A stretch of DNA of 64,000 bases, from the IMG/VR virus record IMGVR_UViG_2708742532_000007, positions 1 through 64,000 of that record; one strand, written 5' to 3'. The number at the start of each line of letters is the position of its first letter. The stretch's first letter is position 1. The position numbers were made by a program, and so were the translations under genes. The DNA comes from a virus. Its lineage: Duplodnaviria > Caudoviricetes. The notes under the pieces are model-generated. The model saw nothing but the letters and a program-made list of their open reading frames with translations, ran no database searches and had not been told where the DNA came from. Positions 41,914 to 51,415 of the stretch are shown here, one piece after another.

Positions 41914-42434
41914 TATTTCTTACTCACATTCATTGTGTATTGATGTAAGAAGCGTCTATAATGTGTTGGGGCTTCACGAGGGTTGCCTGATTTGTATTCG
42001 AGCTTACCAAAGCCTGCAATACGCTCTAACGCTATCAGCTCATTAATCCTGTCAGATATTCGTGATATTCTTAAATCTCTGTCAAATGATTCATGAATAA
42101 AAATGTCAATGTTAACCTCTTGTTGTGCTACTAGATAGCTTTCAATTACAGGTCTACGTCTACCTTCGTAAATGTAAATCTTGCATAGTTTATTTTCTAT
42201 TAGGTCAGAGGTTTTTTCGCCTAAAACAACTCTCTCGTCAACTAGTTTCCAATAATCATCACTTTCAATGTTTACTAAGTTTGGTAACTTAGGGTCAAGT
42301 GGGTCGGGATGATAGTTTTCTTGAGTGTCATATCCTTTAGGCTCATATTTTAATAATCTCATTAGTTCTTCATCAGTGATTAAAATTTGATATATGTTTG
42401 AGAAGAACTCTACTGTTGAACTTTGTTTAATCAT
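41913..42434 (-). CDS. Tail terminator-like protein (YomW-like)
   Basis: DEELMRLLKY..DPLDP..QEVNIDIFIH..ISDRINEL; synteny. Confidence 0.62.
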   Translation of the reverse strand: MIKQSSTVEFFSNIYQILITDEELMRLLKYEPKGYDTQENYHPDPLDPKLPNLVNIESDDYWKLVDERVVLGEKTSDLIENKLCKIYIYEGRRRPVIESYLVAQQEVNIDIFIHESFDRDLRISRISDRINELIALERIAGFGKLEYKSGNPREAPTHYRRFLHQYTMNVSKK

Positions 42435-43038
42435 GTTATTGGAATCCTTTACAGTTGGATTTCAATGTAACCAATACCGTTCATTACATGTTCCATTGAT
42501 ACGGTAACTTGATACTGATTCTGATATATGGTTACAGTTGAGTTAATTTCAGGAATGTGATTTGCTAAGGTAGTTTTAAAATAACTGAACCATTAGGAAA
42601 GGGAATAGAGAGTTATCATCCTGAGAGTAAATCTTGTCAGTCATTATACAAGGCTTTTTAATATTTATTTTTTCTGTTTTATAGATTGGTCTAACCAACA
42701 GTGTTAGTAACCACCTTGATTTTTCTTTCGTTTTAATAGGGAACTCAGTGTTATAAAGTTCACCGATTAACTGAGGATATATTTCATCATCAACCATGTT
42801 TGTAACAAGGTAAGTGAAGTCTCTCCAAATCAGGCAAAAACAAGAATTTACGCCCATAAAAAGATCTAATGTCATTTACGATACTAGGGATTGGTAATGT
42901 TTCCTGCATATCAATAAAAACATAAGATAGGGAAGGAGAATCTAAGATATAGTTCACCATTTGTCTTTTTGTGGAATTTTACAAGTCTTTAATTGTGTTA
43001 TCATTAGCTCGAACCCTTTTTCTACAAGCGCTAAACAT
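42431..43038 (-). pseudogene. Head-closure/connector-like gene (YomX-like), disrupted
   Basis: Several frameshifts and stops; terminal GIGYIEIQL*RIPIT* overlaps the next ATG; ORF 42576-42875 is a fragment. Confidence 0.6.
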
Positions 43039-43042
43039 TACA

Positions 43043-43351
43043 TCATTCCTGTTCTAGTTTTTGTATTTGTTTTTCAATCGTGTCAATAGTTCCAAACACT
43101 TTGCTTTTAATGAATGGTTTATTGTCCTCTTTAATACACTCTTTAAGCAATCCATTAAGAATAGCATGAGTTTGAACAATCCATGCGCCATCATATTCAG
43201 GTGTGATTTCTTTTACGTTATGAACCTCAAAAATAACTGAATTAATGTGGTCAGGTAGCGTAGAAACACCTTCCTCATATAGTGGCAAAATCTTAAAGAT
43301 AGAGCCTTTTAATGAGTGCATATAGTTTAAATAATCTAATTTTGCAATCAT
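43043..43351 (-). CDS. Phage hypothetical protein (YomY-like)
   Basis: LKGSIFKILPLYEE..IKSKVFGTI; position in the head-tail joining block. Confidence 0.6.
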   Translation of the reverse strand: MIAKLDYLNYMHSLKGSIFKILPLYEEGVSTLPDHINSVIFEVHNVKEITPEYDGAWIVQTHAILNGLLKECIKEDNKPFIKSKVFGTIDTIEKQIQKLEQE

Positions 43352-43611
43352 TGTGTGTTATCCTTTGATATTAAATAATTCTTTTACATAAGCAACGCTA
43401 TATGAGCCCTTAAGAAGCGGGGTGAGTTGATTTCATTAAAATTAGCTCAGCTAAAGTAATGTATTGAACAACGCTAAATTTAGCCCATTCAAACTTTTCG
43501 CTAGTGCGACTGGGAAATTAAAACTAAATTGGTGTTGCTAATCGAAAAACGATTAAATCATTACGATTAATTTCTAGTCGTTTTTTTAGATCTAGCAGTA
43601 GTTTTTGTAAC

Positions 43612-43857
43612 TTACGCTTCTTTTACAGCTTTCGCATATGAACCAACGATTTCAGCTATATCATTAGAAGCTTCTTTGAAGCCTACTTCATAACCTTCGT
43701 CATATGCTTCTTCAATAGCTGTTTCTAACGTGCTAGCAATTAACTGTGATACGGCAATATGAAAGGCTTGCTTAGGTTCAGTGCCGATTTCAATTAAATT
43801 TTCGAAAGCATCATATGTTGTACATACTTGACATTTTGTTTCTTCCATTGTTTTCAT
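43612..43857 (-). CDS. Hypothetical protein
   Basis: 81-aa ORF with AAGGAG RBS, coupled to the upstream gene. Confidence 0.65.
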   Translation of the reverse strand: MKTMEETKCQVCTTYDAFENLIEIGTEPKQAFHIAVSQLIASTLETAIEEAYDEGYEVGFKEASNDIAEIVGSYAKAVKEA

Positions 43858-43862
43858 GCTCC

Positions 43863-45047
43863 TTAATACTTGATATAGAATGTAGCTTTACGACCATTTC
43901 TATCAAGCCATAGTAGTTTTTGGTGTGCCTTAGAAAGTAGGCGACTGTCTTTTGAATAGTTGTTCGTTCCCGCGAAACCACCATTTACTATTAGGTCTAC
44001 GCCATGAATCTCATTCTCAAAATTCTTGTGAATATGACCTGCGAAAATAGCAGTAGGGAACTTTTGAATCATCATTGTTAGGTCTTGAATCACTTTGCTA
44101 TAGTTGTCTAAGTGACCATGAACACCGAAGTAAGTTCTACCTAAGATTGTTGCTACTATGATTTCGCTGTCATACTTGTTGTCCATCATAGTAACATTCG
44201 GCAAGTTTTCTAAACGAGCTCCCATATACCATGTGACAAAATCATGGAAACTCTCAGTCTTAATTTCCTCCTCTTTGCGAGAAGAAATTCTGTCATGATT
44301 ACCTTTGACACTGTAAACTTTAACTTTTTCAAAGTAGTTTGCTAGAATAGCGACAAGTCTAGCCAAAGCTTCAGCTACTGACTTAGTTTGCTCAACTGCG
44401 GTTTCTGTTTCACCAATCTTAGTAAGGCGGTGTAGATTGCCCTCAATTAAATCACCTAATTGCATGATATGAAGCTCTCTAGCTCCTGTTAACTCTTGAT
44501 AAGCTATTATTTCATTAATTGTTTGTTCAATGCGTTCATAGAACACTTCTTCATTAAATGTGTTCCAATGGTTATCTGTTACCATTCCTTTGTGAAGGTC
44601 TGATAACATTAAAGTAAGAGATGTGTCACCATTATATTTAACATCTGCTTTCTTGTAGTTAAGTGGTCTAGCGTTGTTGATTTCATCTTTAATAGAGTCA
44701 ATCAGCTTTTTAAGCAAGTTATCCAACCTTGCTTCGTGGCGTAAGAATTGTTTGTACTCACGCTTTTGGTCTTGAACTTGCATTTTAGCAATCTCAAGCT
44801 CTTTAATTTTGTCGTTTAATTCTTCTAGTTCTCCAGAGGTATTAGCGTTCTGCTTAATAGCGTAATCTCTACCTTGTTTGAAAGCTTTATACCATTTGCG
44901 ATAATATGATTCACCGAAATTAAGTTTAAGCTCTTTGTTAAGAAGTTCACAAATACCTTCCCATGTAAGACCAAGAATCTTTTTGTTCTCACAGATTCGA
45001 TACTTGTATTCTTCAACGATTTCATTAGGAAGTTGTTTAGTGTTCAT
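43863..45047 (-). CDS. Metallophosphoesterase with N-terminal HTH/coiled coil (YonJ-like)
   Basis: SDLH, GDLIEG, GNHD, HGH and GHIH calcineurin-like motifs. Confidence 0.85.
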   Translation of the reverse strand: MNTKQLPNEIVEEYKYRICENKKILGLTWEGICELLNKELKLNFGESYYRKWYKAFKQGRDYAIKQNANTSGELEELNDKIKELEIAKMQVQDQKREYKQFLRHEARLDNLLKKLIDSIKDEINNARPLNYKKADVKYNGDTSLTLMLSDLHKGMVTDNHWNTFNEEVFYERIEQTINEIIAYQELTGARELHIMQLGDLIEGNLHRLTKIGETETAVEQTKSVAEALARLVAILANYFEKVKVYSVKGNHDRISSRKEEEIKTESFHDFVTWYMGARLENLPNVTMMDNKYDSEIIVATILGRTYFGVHGHLDNYSKVIQDLTMMIQKFPTAIFAGHIHKNFENEIHGVDLIVNGGFAGTNNYSKDSRLLSKAHQKLLWLDRNGRKATFYIKY

Positions 45048-45050
45048 CTA

Positions 45051-45305
45051 TTAATCTTCCTTAAATAAGTCTTCTTCTTGTTCTGCATCTGTTTCAGAAG
45101 ATACATTGAACTCGTTAATAATTGCGATTGAATCTTCTTCTTTGATAGAAAGAGTGATGTTTTTACCATTAAATTCTTCCAGTAATTTATTTAGGCTATA
45201 CTTGAAATCGCCATCTTTAACAGATTCAGTTACGATTAACTCTCCTAAAGTCCAATCAATATCAAGTTTACCTTTTAGTTGTATTGAATTAGTGCGCTTT
45301 GCCAT
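45051..45305 (-). CDS. YonK-like protein
   Basis: MAKRTNSIQLKGKLD..YSLNKLLEEFNGKNITLSIKEE; adjacent to the YonJ-like gene. Confidence 0.75.
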   Translation of the reverse strand: MAKRTNSIQLKGKLDIDWTLGELIVTESVKDGDFKYSLNKLLEEFNGKNITLSIKEEDSIAIINEFNVSSETDAEQEEDLFKED

Positions 45306-45559
45306 TATTTTTTAGCACCTGCTTTAACTGACTTTTGAACAGCTTTCGCTTGTAATAAGCCATTTGGTGTAACAGGGAAGATAGCAACGCCACCACTGTA
45401 ATCTACAGCGTGATAAGTTTGCTTTTTATCGTATTCAACTTTTCCATTTTTCTTCACAGATTTGCCAAGTTTATCAAGCTTTACTGCGTAATGTGTGTAT
45501 AAGTCAACTACTGCATATCTAAGACCATACATAGTCTTAATTTTTCTAATGTGTAACAT
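45305..45559 (-). CDS. Hypothetical basic protein
   Basis: 84-aa ORF with AAGGAG RBS; stop overlaps the next start. Confidence 0.7.
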   Translation of the reverse strand: MLHIRKIKTMYGLRYAVVDLYTHYAVKLDKLGKSVKKNGKVEYDKKQTYHAVDYSGGVAIFPVTPNGLLQAKAVQKSVKAGAKK

Positions 45560-45601
45560 TTCTCATTTCTCCTTTACTCTAGTAAATTCAATATTTTATT
45601 G

Positions 45602-45672
45602 TAGGGGCTAGTGGGATTGAACCAATGACTTTGGGTTAGGAATCTAACGTTTTATCACTAAACTAAGCCCCA
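45602..45672 (-). pseudogene. Degenerate tRNA (Arg, CCT anticodon)
   Basis: GGGGCT/AGCCCC acceptor, TAGTTTA..TAAAAC D arm, TTCCTAA loop, GGTTCAATCC; anticodon stem mismatched, no CCA. Confidence 0.65.
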
Positions 45673-45904
45673 ATTACAACAAAAAACACTATTAGAATAG
45701 TACGTCTTTCTAATAGTGAATTGATTGTCTTAATATTCAGTTATGTAGTAGACACATTCACCTTACAGAATAATAATGATTCTTTAGCTTGTTTTAAGAT
45801 TACTGTGTCTGAATCACACCCTATATTAAAGAAACAAAGAGAAAGGAGAGTAAATGAAAAATTTTATTCACTTTGCTTTGTTTCCTGAATATAAGATGTA
45901 ATAT

Positions 45905-46220
45905 GAGGGGGGAGACGATTCGAATCTACTCCGCTTTTGCAATAGATTGACATTCTGCGCAACTCCCATAGAGCAACCTACAGGATTTTACCCTGCGAAT
46001 AATATAATTGCTGTCAATTCTCTTAAGCAATTAGTAGCTTCATAAGATTAAGCTCAGGAACAGAATCGAACTGTTGTTTCTTGATTAAAAAGCAGATGTA
46101 ATGTAACTATCTAATCGAGCGCATAGTGGAGGAGAGCGTTGAACTCACAGAGGCTTGCTTATTAGACAAGGTGAAATACGGATTCACTCCTGTTGGCTGA
46201 CTAGGCAGTGGTCGAACATG
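45905..46220 (-). pseudogene. Several degenerate tRNA remnants (Cys-, Lys- and Ile-like, plus fragments)
   Basis: T-loop relics (TTCGAATC, GTTCGATTC, GAGTTCAAC) with acceptor-like stems and loops TTGCAAA, TTTTTAA, CTAATAA at ~45907-45968, 46051-46121 and 46126-46191. Identities uncertain. Confidence 0.5.
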
Positions 46221-46239
46221 CAATGATACGATAAACTTT

Positions 46240-46494
46240 TTATAGATACTCTAATTTTATTAAACCATCTATTCTATACATTGTGTAATCATCTTTCGAT
46301 ATTGCTGTGTTTGAAGCAAAAATCTCAAGATTCTCTGCTTCTTCATCATAAATATCGAAATACCTATCCAACGCTATCTCAAATGCTCTTTCCTTCCAAC
46401 GGTTATCTATACTATCGTCAGATTCTTTAGAATACAAGTAAGATTCATTAACTAGTTCGTTGTTAGTTTCATATGTTAAAATATAGTAATTCAT
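46240..46494 (-). CDS. Hypothetical acidic protein within the tRNA array
   Basis: MNYYILTYE start behind AAAAGGA. Confidence 0.6.
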   Translation of the reverse strand: MNYYILTYETNNELVNESYLYSKESDDSIDNRWKERAFEIALDRYFDIYDEEAENLEIFASNTAISKDDYTMYRIDGLIKLEYL

Positions 46495-46593
46495 AGTTAT
46501 ATCCTTTTTAGTAGGGCATAGGGTATTCAAAACTCTAAATACTCGAAAGAAAATCGAGTGCCGTAGTCCACGTCAAATGCCCCCAAATTTTAT

Positions 46594-46670
46594 TGGCGCG
46601 CCATGAGAGATTCGAACTCCCAACCGACAGGGTAGAAACCTGTTGCTCTAATCCATTGAGCTAATGACGC
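46594..46670 (-). tRNA. tRNA-Arg (anticodon TCT)
   Basis: GCGTCAT/ATGGCGC acceptor, GCTC/GAGC D stem, ACAGG-TTTCTAC-CCTGT anticodon arm, GGGAG-TTCGAAT-CTCTC T arm, encoded CCA. Confidence 0.95.
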
Positions 46671-47186
46671 ATATTTGATTTTCAGCATTGAGCGTAGTTA
46701 AGGGAAGAACTACGCTCAAACTTTGATTCTGAGGAGGTTTAAGTTATGAAATCAAAAAGAACTTCTCACTTTATCTTGCGAAGGGTAGGTAGCACCCAAA
46801 GTTCTTTTAGTTGTTTTTGTAGTACTTGATTAGGTGTAACGCTCTCTAAGATTGCTTTGCACAAGTTTTGAGTTAACCCACTTACTAATTATGTCTCAGA
46901 TGTTTACTTAATCCTAATTTATGTATTTGTCTTGTTTGTGAGTTTAGTTATTATCTTACTCATGTGTTCGCAAGATGTTAAAGAGGTAGGAATAACACCT
47001 TGCGTTCAATAAGTTTATTAGCAGTAGCTTAAATAGGTAAGTGACTCACCTTGTATATTTCATATTATATTATTATCTTACTTTAACAAACGATTTTATC
47101 AAAATAATTTGAAAATAGTGGTTTTTTTAATAAAATCCGAATAAAAAGGTGAAATTCACACAGTATCACACCGATCATTTCCTGAA

Positions 47187-47570
47187 TTAGTTAATAACTG
47201 TTTTTTCTAATACTTCCTTGAAAGTTTTTGAAACAGCAAACTTTGTAGCCAAGTGAGTTGGTTTAACCACTGGTGAACCATCTTGAGGGTTACGGTAAGT
47301 ACGCTCAGGTTTTACTTCAACCTTGAACTGACCTAAAGTACCAAAACCAATATTAACTTGACTTTCAACGATAGCACGTACATACGCTTTTTCTACTGAA
47401 TCAAGAACTGCTGTTCCGAAGTCTTTTGTTATTTGGATTTCTACGCTATCTGTGTCACCTTCTAAGATTTCTTTAGCTAACGCTTTTGATACACGCATCG
47501 TTGGTAGTGTATCTTGTAGTTCCTCAGCTAAGATTCCTGTAATAAAATCTGTACGACCTAATTTAGCCAT
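47187..47570 (-). CDS. HU/IHF-like DNA-binding protein
   Basis: FGTLGQFKVEVKPERTYRNPQDG..KFAVSKTFKE. Confidence 0.85.
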   Translation of the reverse strand: MAKLGRTDFITGILAEELQDTLPTMRVSKALAKEILEGDTDSVEIQITKDFGTAVLDSVEKAYVRAIVESQVNIGFGTLGQFKVEVKPERTYRNPQDGSPVVKPTHLATKFAVSKTFKEVLEKTVIN

Positions 47571-47672
47571 TTTGATATAAGCTCCTTTTTCTCTGAAAAA
47601 TAAAATGGATTTTATCGCCTTTGGGAAGCGAACTAATAATCCGATATATTATTATGTTATTTTTAACGTAAG

Positions 47673-48038
47673 TTAATCTTCACTACTATTAATAGTGATT
47701 CCTAGTTGTTCCTTATCTTCTTCTGATAGACAAGAGAAATTACTATAGCGTTCTGAGCCTTTGCTAATTTCCTTTACTTTCTTATGAGATAAGACTTCTA
47801 GGTTCTTTTCCTCTTTAGTGAGGTAGTAAGCGAACATATCCAAAATTACTTTAGTTTTTTGCTTTTCCCAAGTAAACAATAGATATTCTTCCAATGTCAT
47901 TGTCTGAGCTAGAAATTCAATTTCTTCTATAAGAAGGTGTTCAATGACTTGCTTGCGTTGTGCAAAATTTAGCGAACTATCTAAGTTCACTGTTAGGTGT
48001 GGTAGTAAAATTTTCATTTTATTAATTAACCCTCTCAT
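47673..48038 (-). CDS. Hypothetical protein
   Basis: Intact ORF between the regulator and HU genes; start may be MKILLPH. Confidence 0.65.
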   Translation of the reverse strand: MRGLINKMKILLPHLTVNLDSSLNFAQRKQVIEHLLIEEIEFLAQTMTLEEYLLFTWEKQKTKVILDMFAYYLTKEEKNLEVLSHKKVKEISKGSERYSNFSCLSEEDKEQLGITINSSED

Positions 48039-48090
48039 TCTTTAAGGCGGTGGGAAGTGACATTTGCAATACTTTTTTGTACAAGCTGAT

Positions 48091-48603
48091 TTAGCGACAT
48101 GTTTTACAAATGGAAAGTAAACGATCTTTTGCTGATTTATTGTCACTATAGAACTCGTTTGTTGCAGGTAGGTGTTCACCGCACTTATTACATTGTTTTG
48201 TTTTTAAACCTAGAGTGCTTGTGTAAATTACTCTACGCCATTGACGCTCATTCTCTTTCACGACTGCTTTGTAAACGGTCTTGAGCGCTTTCTTGACATT
48301 CTGATTCTCAATGCCTATAGCTTCACCGATTTCTCTATGGGTGTAGCCTTTTTCAACCATTTTAATAAGAAGTAACTGTTGATTCGTGAAGTTACATTGA
48401 TTGATTAGTCTGTCCAATGAAGCATAAGTCGCTATCACTTCTTGATTAACAGCTTTAACCCCTGTAACGTCACGTGTGCTACCGCCGCCTAAGAAAAGGT
48501 TATCATCATATTTGTATCTAAACTCTATTAAAAGCTCAACCACGCCAATGTCATTCATGACGAAGGGTTGAAACATTAAGTCCTTACTAGTAATGTGTGC
48601 CAT
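48091..48603 (-). CDS. Sigma-70 region 4-like HTH regulator with C-terminal Cys4 zinc finger
   Basis: FTNQQLLLIKMVEKGYTHREIGEAIGI; CNKC..CKTC. Confidence 0.72.
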   Translation of the reverse strand: MAHITSKDLMFQPFVMNDIGVVELLIEFRYKYDDNLFLGGGSTRDVTGVKAVNQEVIATYASLDRLINQCNFTNQQLLLIKMVEKGYTHREIGEAIGIENQNVKKALKTVYKAVVKENERQWRRVIYTSTLGLKTKQCNKCGEHLPATNEFYSDNKSAKDRLLSICKTCR

Positions 48604-48756
48604 GCTAAATCTTCCTTCCTATATAATGTAACTTTCACCAACCTTTTGTAGTTGATTTTGACTTTAGTTATTATATATTATTTCGTAATTTTTGGATGTG
48701 TTTTTTGAAAAATATTATTTTTTAATTATATATGTTTTTAATATAAATATATTTAT

Positions 48757-48775
48757 AAAAGTAATGTAATGATAT
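48757..48775 (+). promoter_or_regulatory. One copy of an element-wide motif, consensus AAAAGTAATATAATRATAT
   Basis: AAAAGTAATGTAATGATAT upstream of recD2; related copies at about a dozen intergenic sites (see findings). Confidence 0.55.
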
Positions 48776-48838
48776 AAAATAAGAGAGTGACATGAAAAGG
48801 TTGCGTTTAAGTATATTCAGGAGAAAGCAGGGATAAAA

Positions 48839-51283
48839 TTGCCAAACATATTACACCAAAATACTAACCGCCTAAAAGTCAAGGTTGCAAAGGTGCTGTA
48901 CTATAAGGAAGAAAGTATGTGGGGCATTGTGAGCGTTGCACCAACTAAGATAGAGGGTGACTTCGAACCTGAGCTGAATCGCTATAACAACTTTGTTATT
49001 AGAGGTAACATTCCAATGGCTATGAATGTGGGGCAAGAGTATGACATTGAAGTAACGGATTTGCAGACAGACGCTAAGTATGGTGAGTTCTATGAGATTA
49101 TTCGTATTCATATAGAAGCACTTGACACAGTAGAAGCACAACAGCGCTTCTTACAAGCTGTTCTATCAGAGTATCAATCAAAGCTGATTCTTGAAGCATT
49201 TCCTAACAATATGATTGTAGATGATATTAGAGATAATATAATTGATATAACTACAATAAAGGGTTTCGGGGAAGCTACAGCTCTAAAGATTAAGAGAGAA
49301 ATCAAGAGAAACAAAGACCTAGGAGCTTTAATTTCGGAACTTGCTGACTTGAACCCATCAGGGAGAATGTTGAATAAGATTGTTGAGAAGTTTGGAAATT
49401 CTACAATTGCGCTATTCAAAGCAAAAGAATCTTTATATTATCTATGTATAGTTTCAGGTCTAAGCTTCAAAAGAATTGACAACATAGCTCTTATGCGTGG
49501 GGAAGATAAGTTTGGTCCAAAACGCATTAAGGCTTACTCAGAATACTACTTTGATGAAATTGCTAATCAAGGGCATTCATGGGTCAATGAGCGGGAGTTC
49601 CTAGAACAGGCTATCAAGGAACTTGATGTTAATGGCACATATATTCGCGACTATATGAATTCAGAGGATGGTAAGAAAAACTTCTATTGGCAACAGGGGG
49701 ATAAGAGAATTTCTTCTATTTTTATGTACAACAATGAGCGCAACACATTACGAAATTTACTGAGACTTGCTACTAGATATGAAGCACCAATTGGCTTTAA
49801 TGTTGATGAAGCAATCAAAGACGCTGAGGCGGCGCTAGATGTAAAATATACTGACGAGCAAAAAAATGCTATTCGTGAGAGTGTTCTGCACGGTGTGTTT
49901 ATTATAAATGGTAAAGGTGGTACAGGTAAGACCACTGTAGTCAAAGGGATTGTCGAGGTATTAAACTCTTTAGGCCTTACTTATAAAGCATGTGCATTGA
50001 GTGGTAAAGCTTCACAGGTTCTTTTATCGAAAGATATTGACTCTGCAACAATTCACCGCACGTTTGGAATTGGTGTTAAGAAGTCAGATGATGAAGAAAT
50101 CGGTGGTGGTAAATCATTCTATGATGTAATAATCATTGATGAAAGTTCAATGGTAGATGCAGGCCTGTTTAACCAAATGTTATCTAAAGTTCAAGATGGT
50201 GCTAAGGTAATTTTAGTAGGGGACAGTGGTCAGCTTTCAGGTATTGGGCATGGGGATGTGCTTCGTGATTTACTTCAAACACAATACTTCAAAACTATTG
50301 AGTTAAATCAAGTTCACCGTCAAGCCCAAGATTCTGGAATCATTGAATTAGCTACAAAGATTCGTGAAGGTGTTCAAGTTTACTCTGCTAACCAAGAGGG
50401 CATGATAAAGTTTGGAAAGAACAAAGACATGATTATGGTCAACTATCAAAACAAAGAGGATATGCCCGAAAACGTTGAGAGAGTTTTAAGAGGTCAAGCA
50501 AAGAATATCAAAACACCTCAAGACCTAATGGACTTCCAAGTAGTTGTAGCTATGAAAGAACGTGGTGCTATGTCAGCAAAAGCAATTAATAACCTAGCTC
50601 AATCAGTCTTTAATGACCTAGAGAAGCCGTTTGTGTCTTACAATGGATATGACTTCCGGGAGGGTGACAAGGTTATTGTAAAGGGCAATAGCTACGAAAT
50701 CAGCTACTATGATGATTTAGAGCATTATTATAATGTGCGAGACAATGAGTTAACTGAAAATGAGATTCAGGAACACTTATTAACATTGGAAACTGACGAG
50801 GAAAGAGTTGAGTTTTGTGATAGTATTCCAACATCAAACACTGGTGATTTATTCAATGGTACCATGGGAATAGTTGTAGATGTGTTTGAGAAAATAGACT
50901 ATAACACAAACAAAATAGTTCAATGCTTGATGATTAACTTCGAGGGACTAGGAATTAAAGTTTACCAACAGTCAGAACTCGATAGTTTGGAACTAGCTTA
51001 TACTGTAACTTGTCACCGGATACAAGGTTCAACTATCAAAAACGTAGTAGTTATATTAGATTACTCTGCATATTCACTTTTATGTAGACAGTGGGTATAT
51101 ACAGCAATCACTCGAGCTTCAAAGAAATGTGTATTACTTGTACAATCATCTGCTTTAGTTAAAGCAATCGGAACAGACGCTAGTGGAAACCGTCAAACAT
51201 TTTTAGGTGATATGATTAGAGAATTACACAAAGCTAAAGGAGATTTAGAAATGGTAATTAAGCAAGTCGCTAAGTTGCAATAA
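48839..51283 (+). CDS. recD2: RecD2-like ATP-dependent SF1B helicase
   Basis: GKGGTGKTT, IIDESSMVD, LVGDSGQL, VHRQA, AYTVTCHRIQGS, YTAITRA; RecD2-type N-terminal extension. Confidence 0.92.
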   Translation: MPNILHQNTNRLKVKVAKVLYYKEESMWGIVSVAPTKIEGDFEPELNRYNNFVIRGNIPMAMNVGQEYDIEVTDLQTDAKYGEFYEIIRIHIEALDTVEAQQRFLQAVLSEYQSKLILEAFPNNMIVDDIRDNIIDITTIKGFGEATALKIKREIKRNKDLGALISELADLNPSGRMLNKIVEKFGNSTIALFKAKESLYYLCIVSGLSFKRIDNIALMRGEDKFGPKRIKAYSEYYFDEIANQGHSWVNEREFLEQAIKELDVNGTYIRDYMNSEDGKKNFYWQQGDKRISSIFMYNNERNTLRNLLRLATRYEAPIGFNVDEAIKDAEAALDVKYTDEQKNAIRESVLHGVFIINGKGGTGKTTVVKGIVEVLNSLGLTYKACALSGKASQVLLSKDIDSATIHRTFGIGVKKSDDEEIGGGKSFYDVIIIDESSMVDAGLFNQMLSKVQDGAKVILVGDSGQLSGIGHGDVLRDLLQTQYFKTIELNQVHRQAQDSGIIELATKIREGVQVYSANQEGMIKFGKNKDMIMVNYQNKEDMPENVERVLRGQAKNIKTPQDLMDFQVVVAMKERGAMSAKAINNLAQSVFNDLEKPFVSYNGYDFREGDKVIVKGNSYEISYYDDLEHYYNVRDNELTENEIQEHLLTLETDEERVEFCDSIPTSNTGDLFNGTMGIVVDVFEKIDYNTNKIVQCLMINFEGLGIKVYQQSELDSLELAYTVTCHRIQGSTIKNVVVILDYSAYSLLCRQWVYTAITRASKKCVLLVQSSALVKAIGTDASGNRQTFLGDMIRELHKAKGDLEMVIKQVAKLQ

Positions 51284-51415
51284 GGTTACGCACAGTTGCA
51301 TCATCTGCTTAGGTTATTAATAGTAATATTACAAAGGTGATATAATTATATATAAAAAATAAGTATAACACAGTACCAAAACGTCACTTTTTGTGTTTTA
51401 AGGAGAGAATGATTT

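Noticed and set aside
22111-42434. Contractile injection system or R-type tailocin, suggested by the PAAR-like gene
   Set aside because: No sheath, baseplate J/wedge or LysM tube-initiator gene recognised; the layout is siphophage-type TMP-Dit-Tal.
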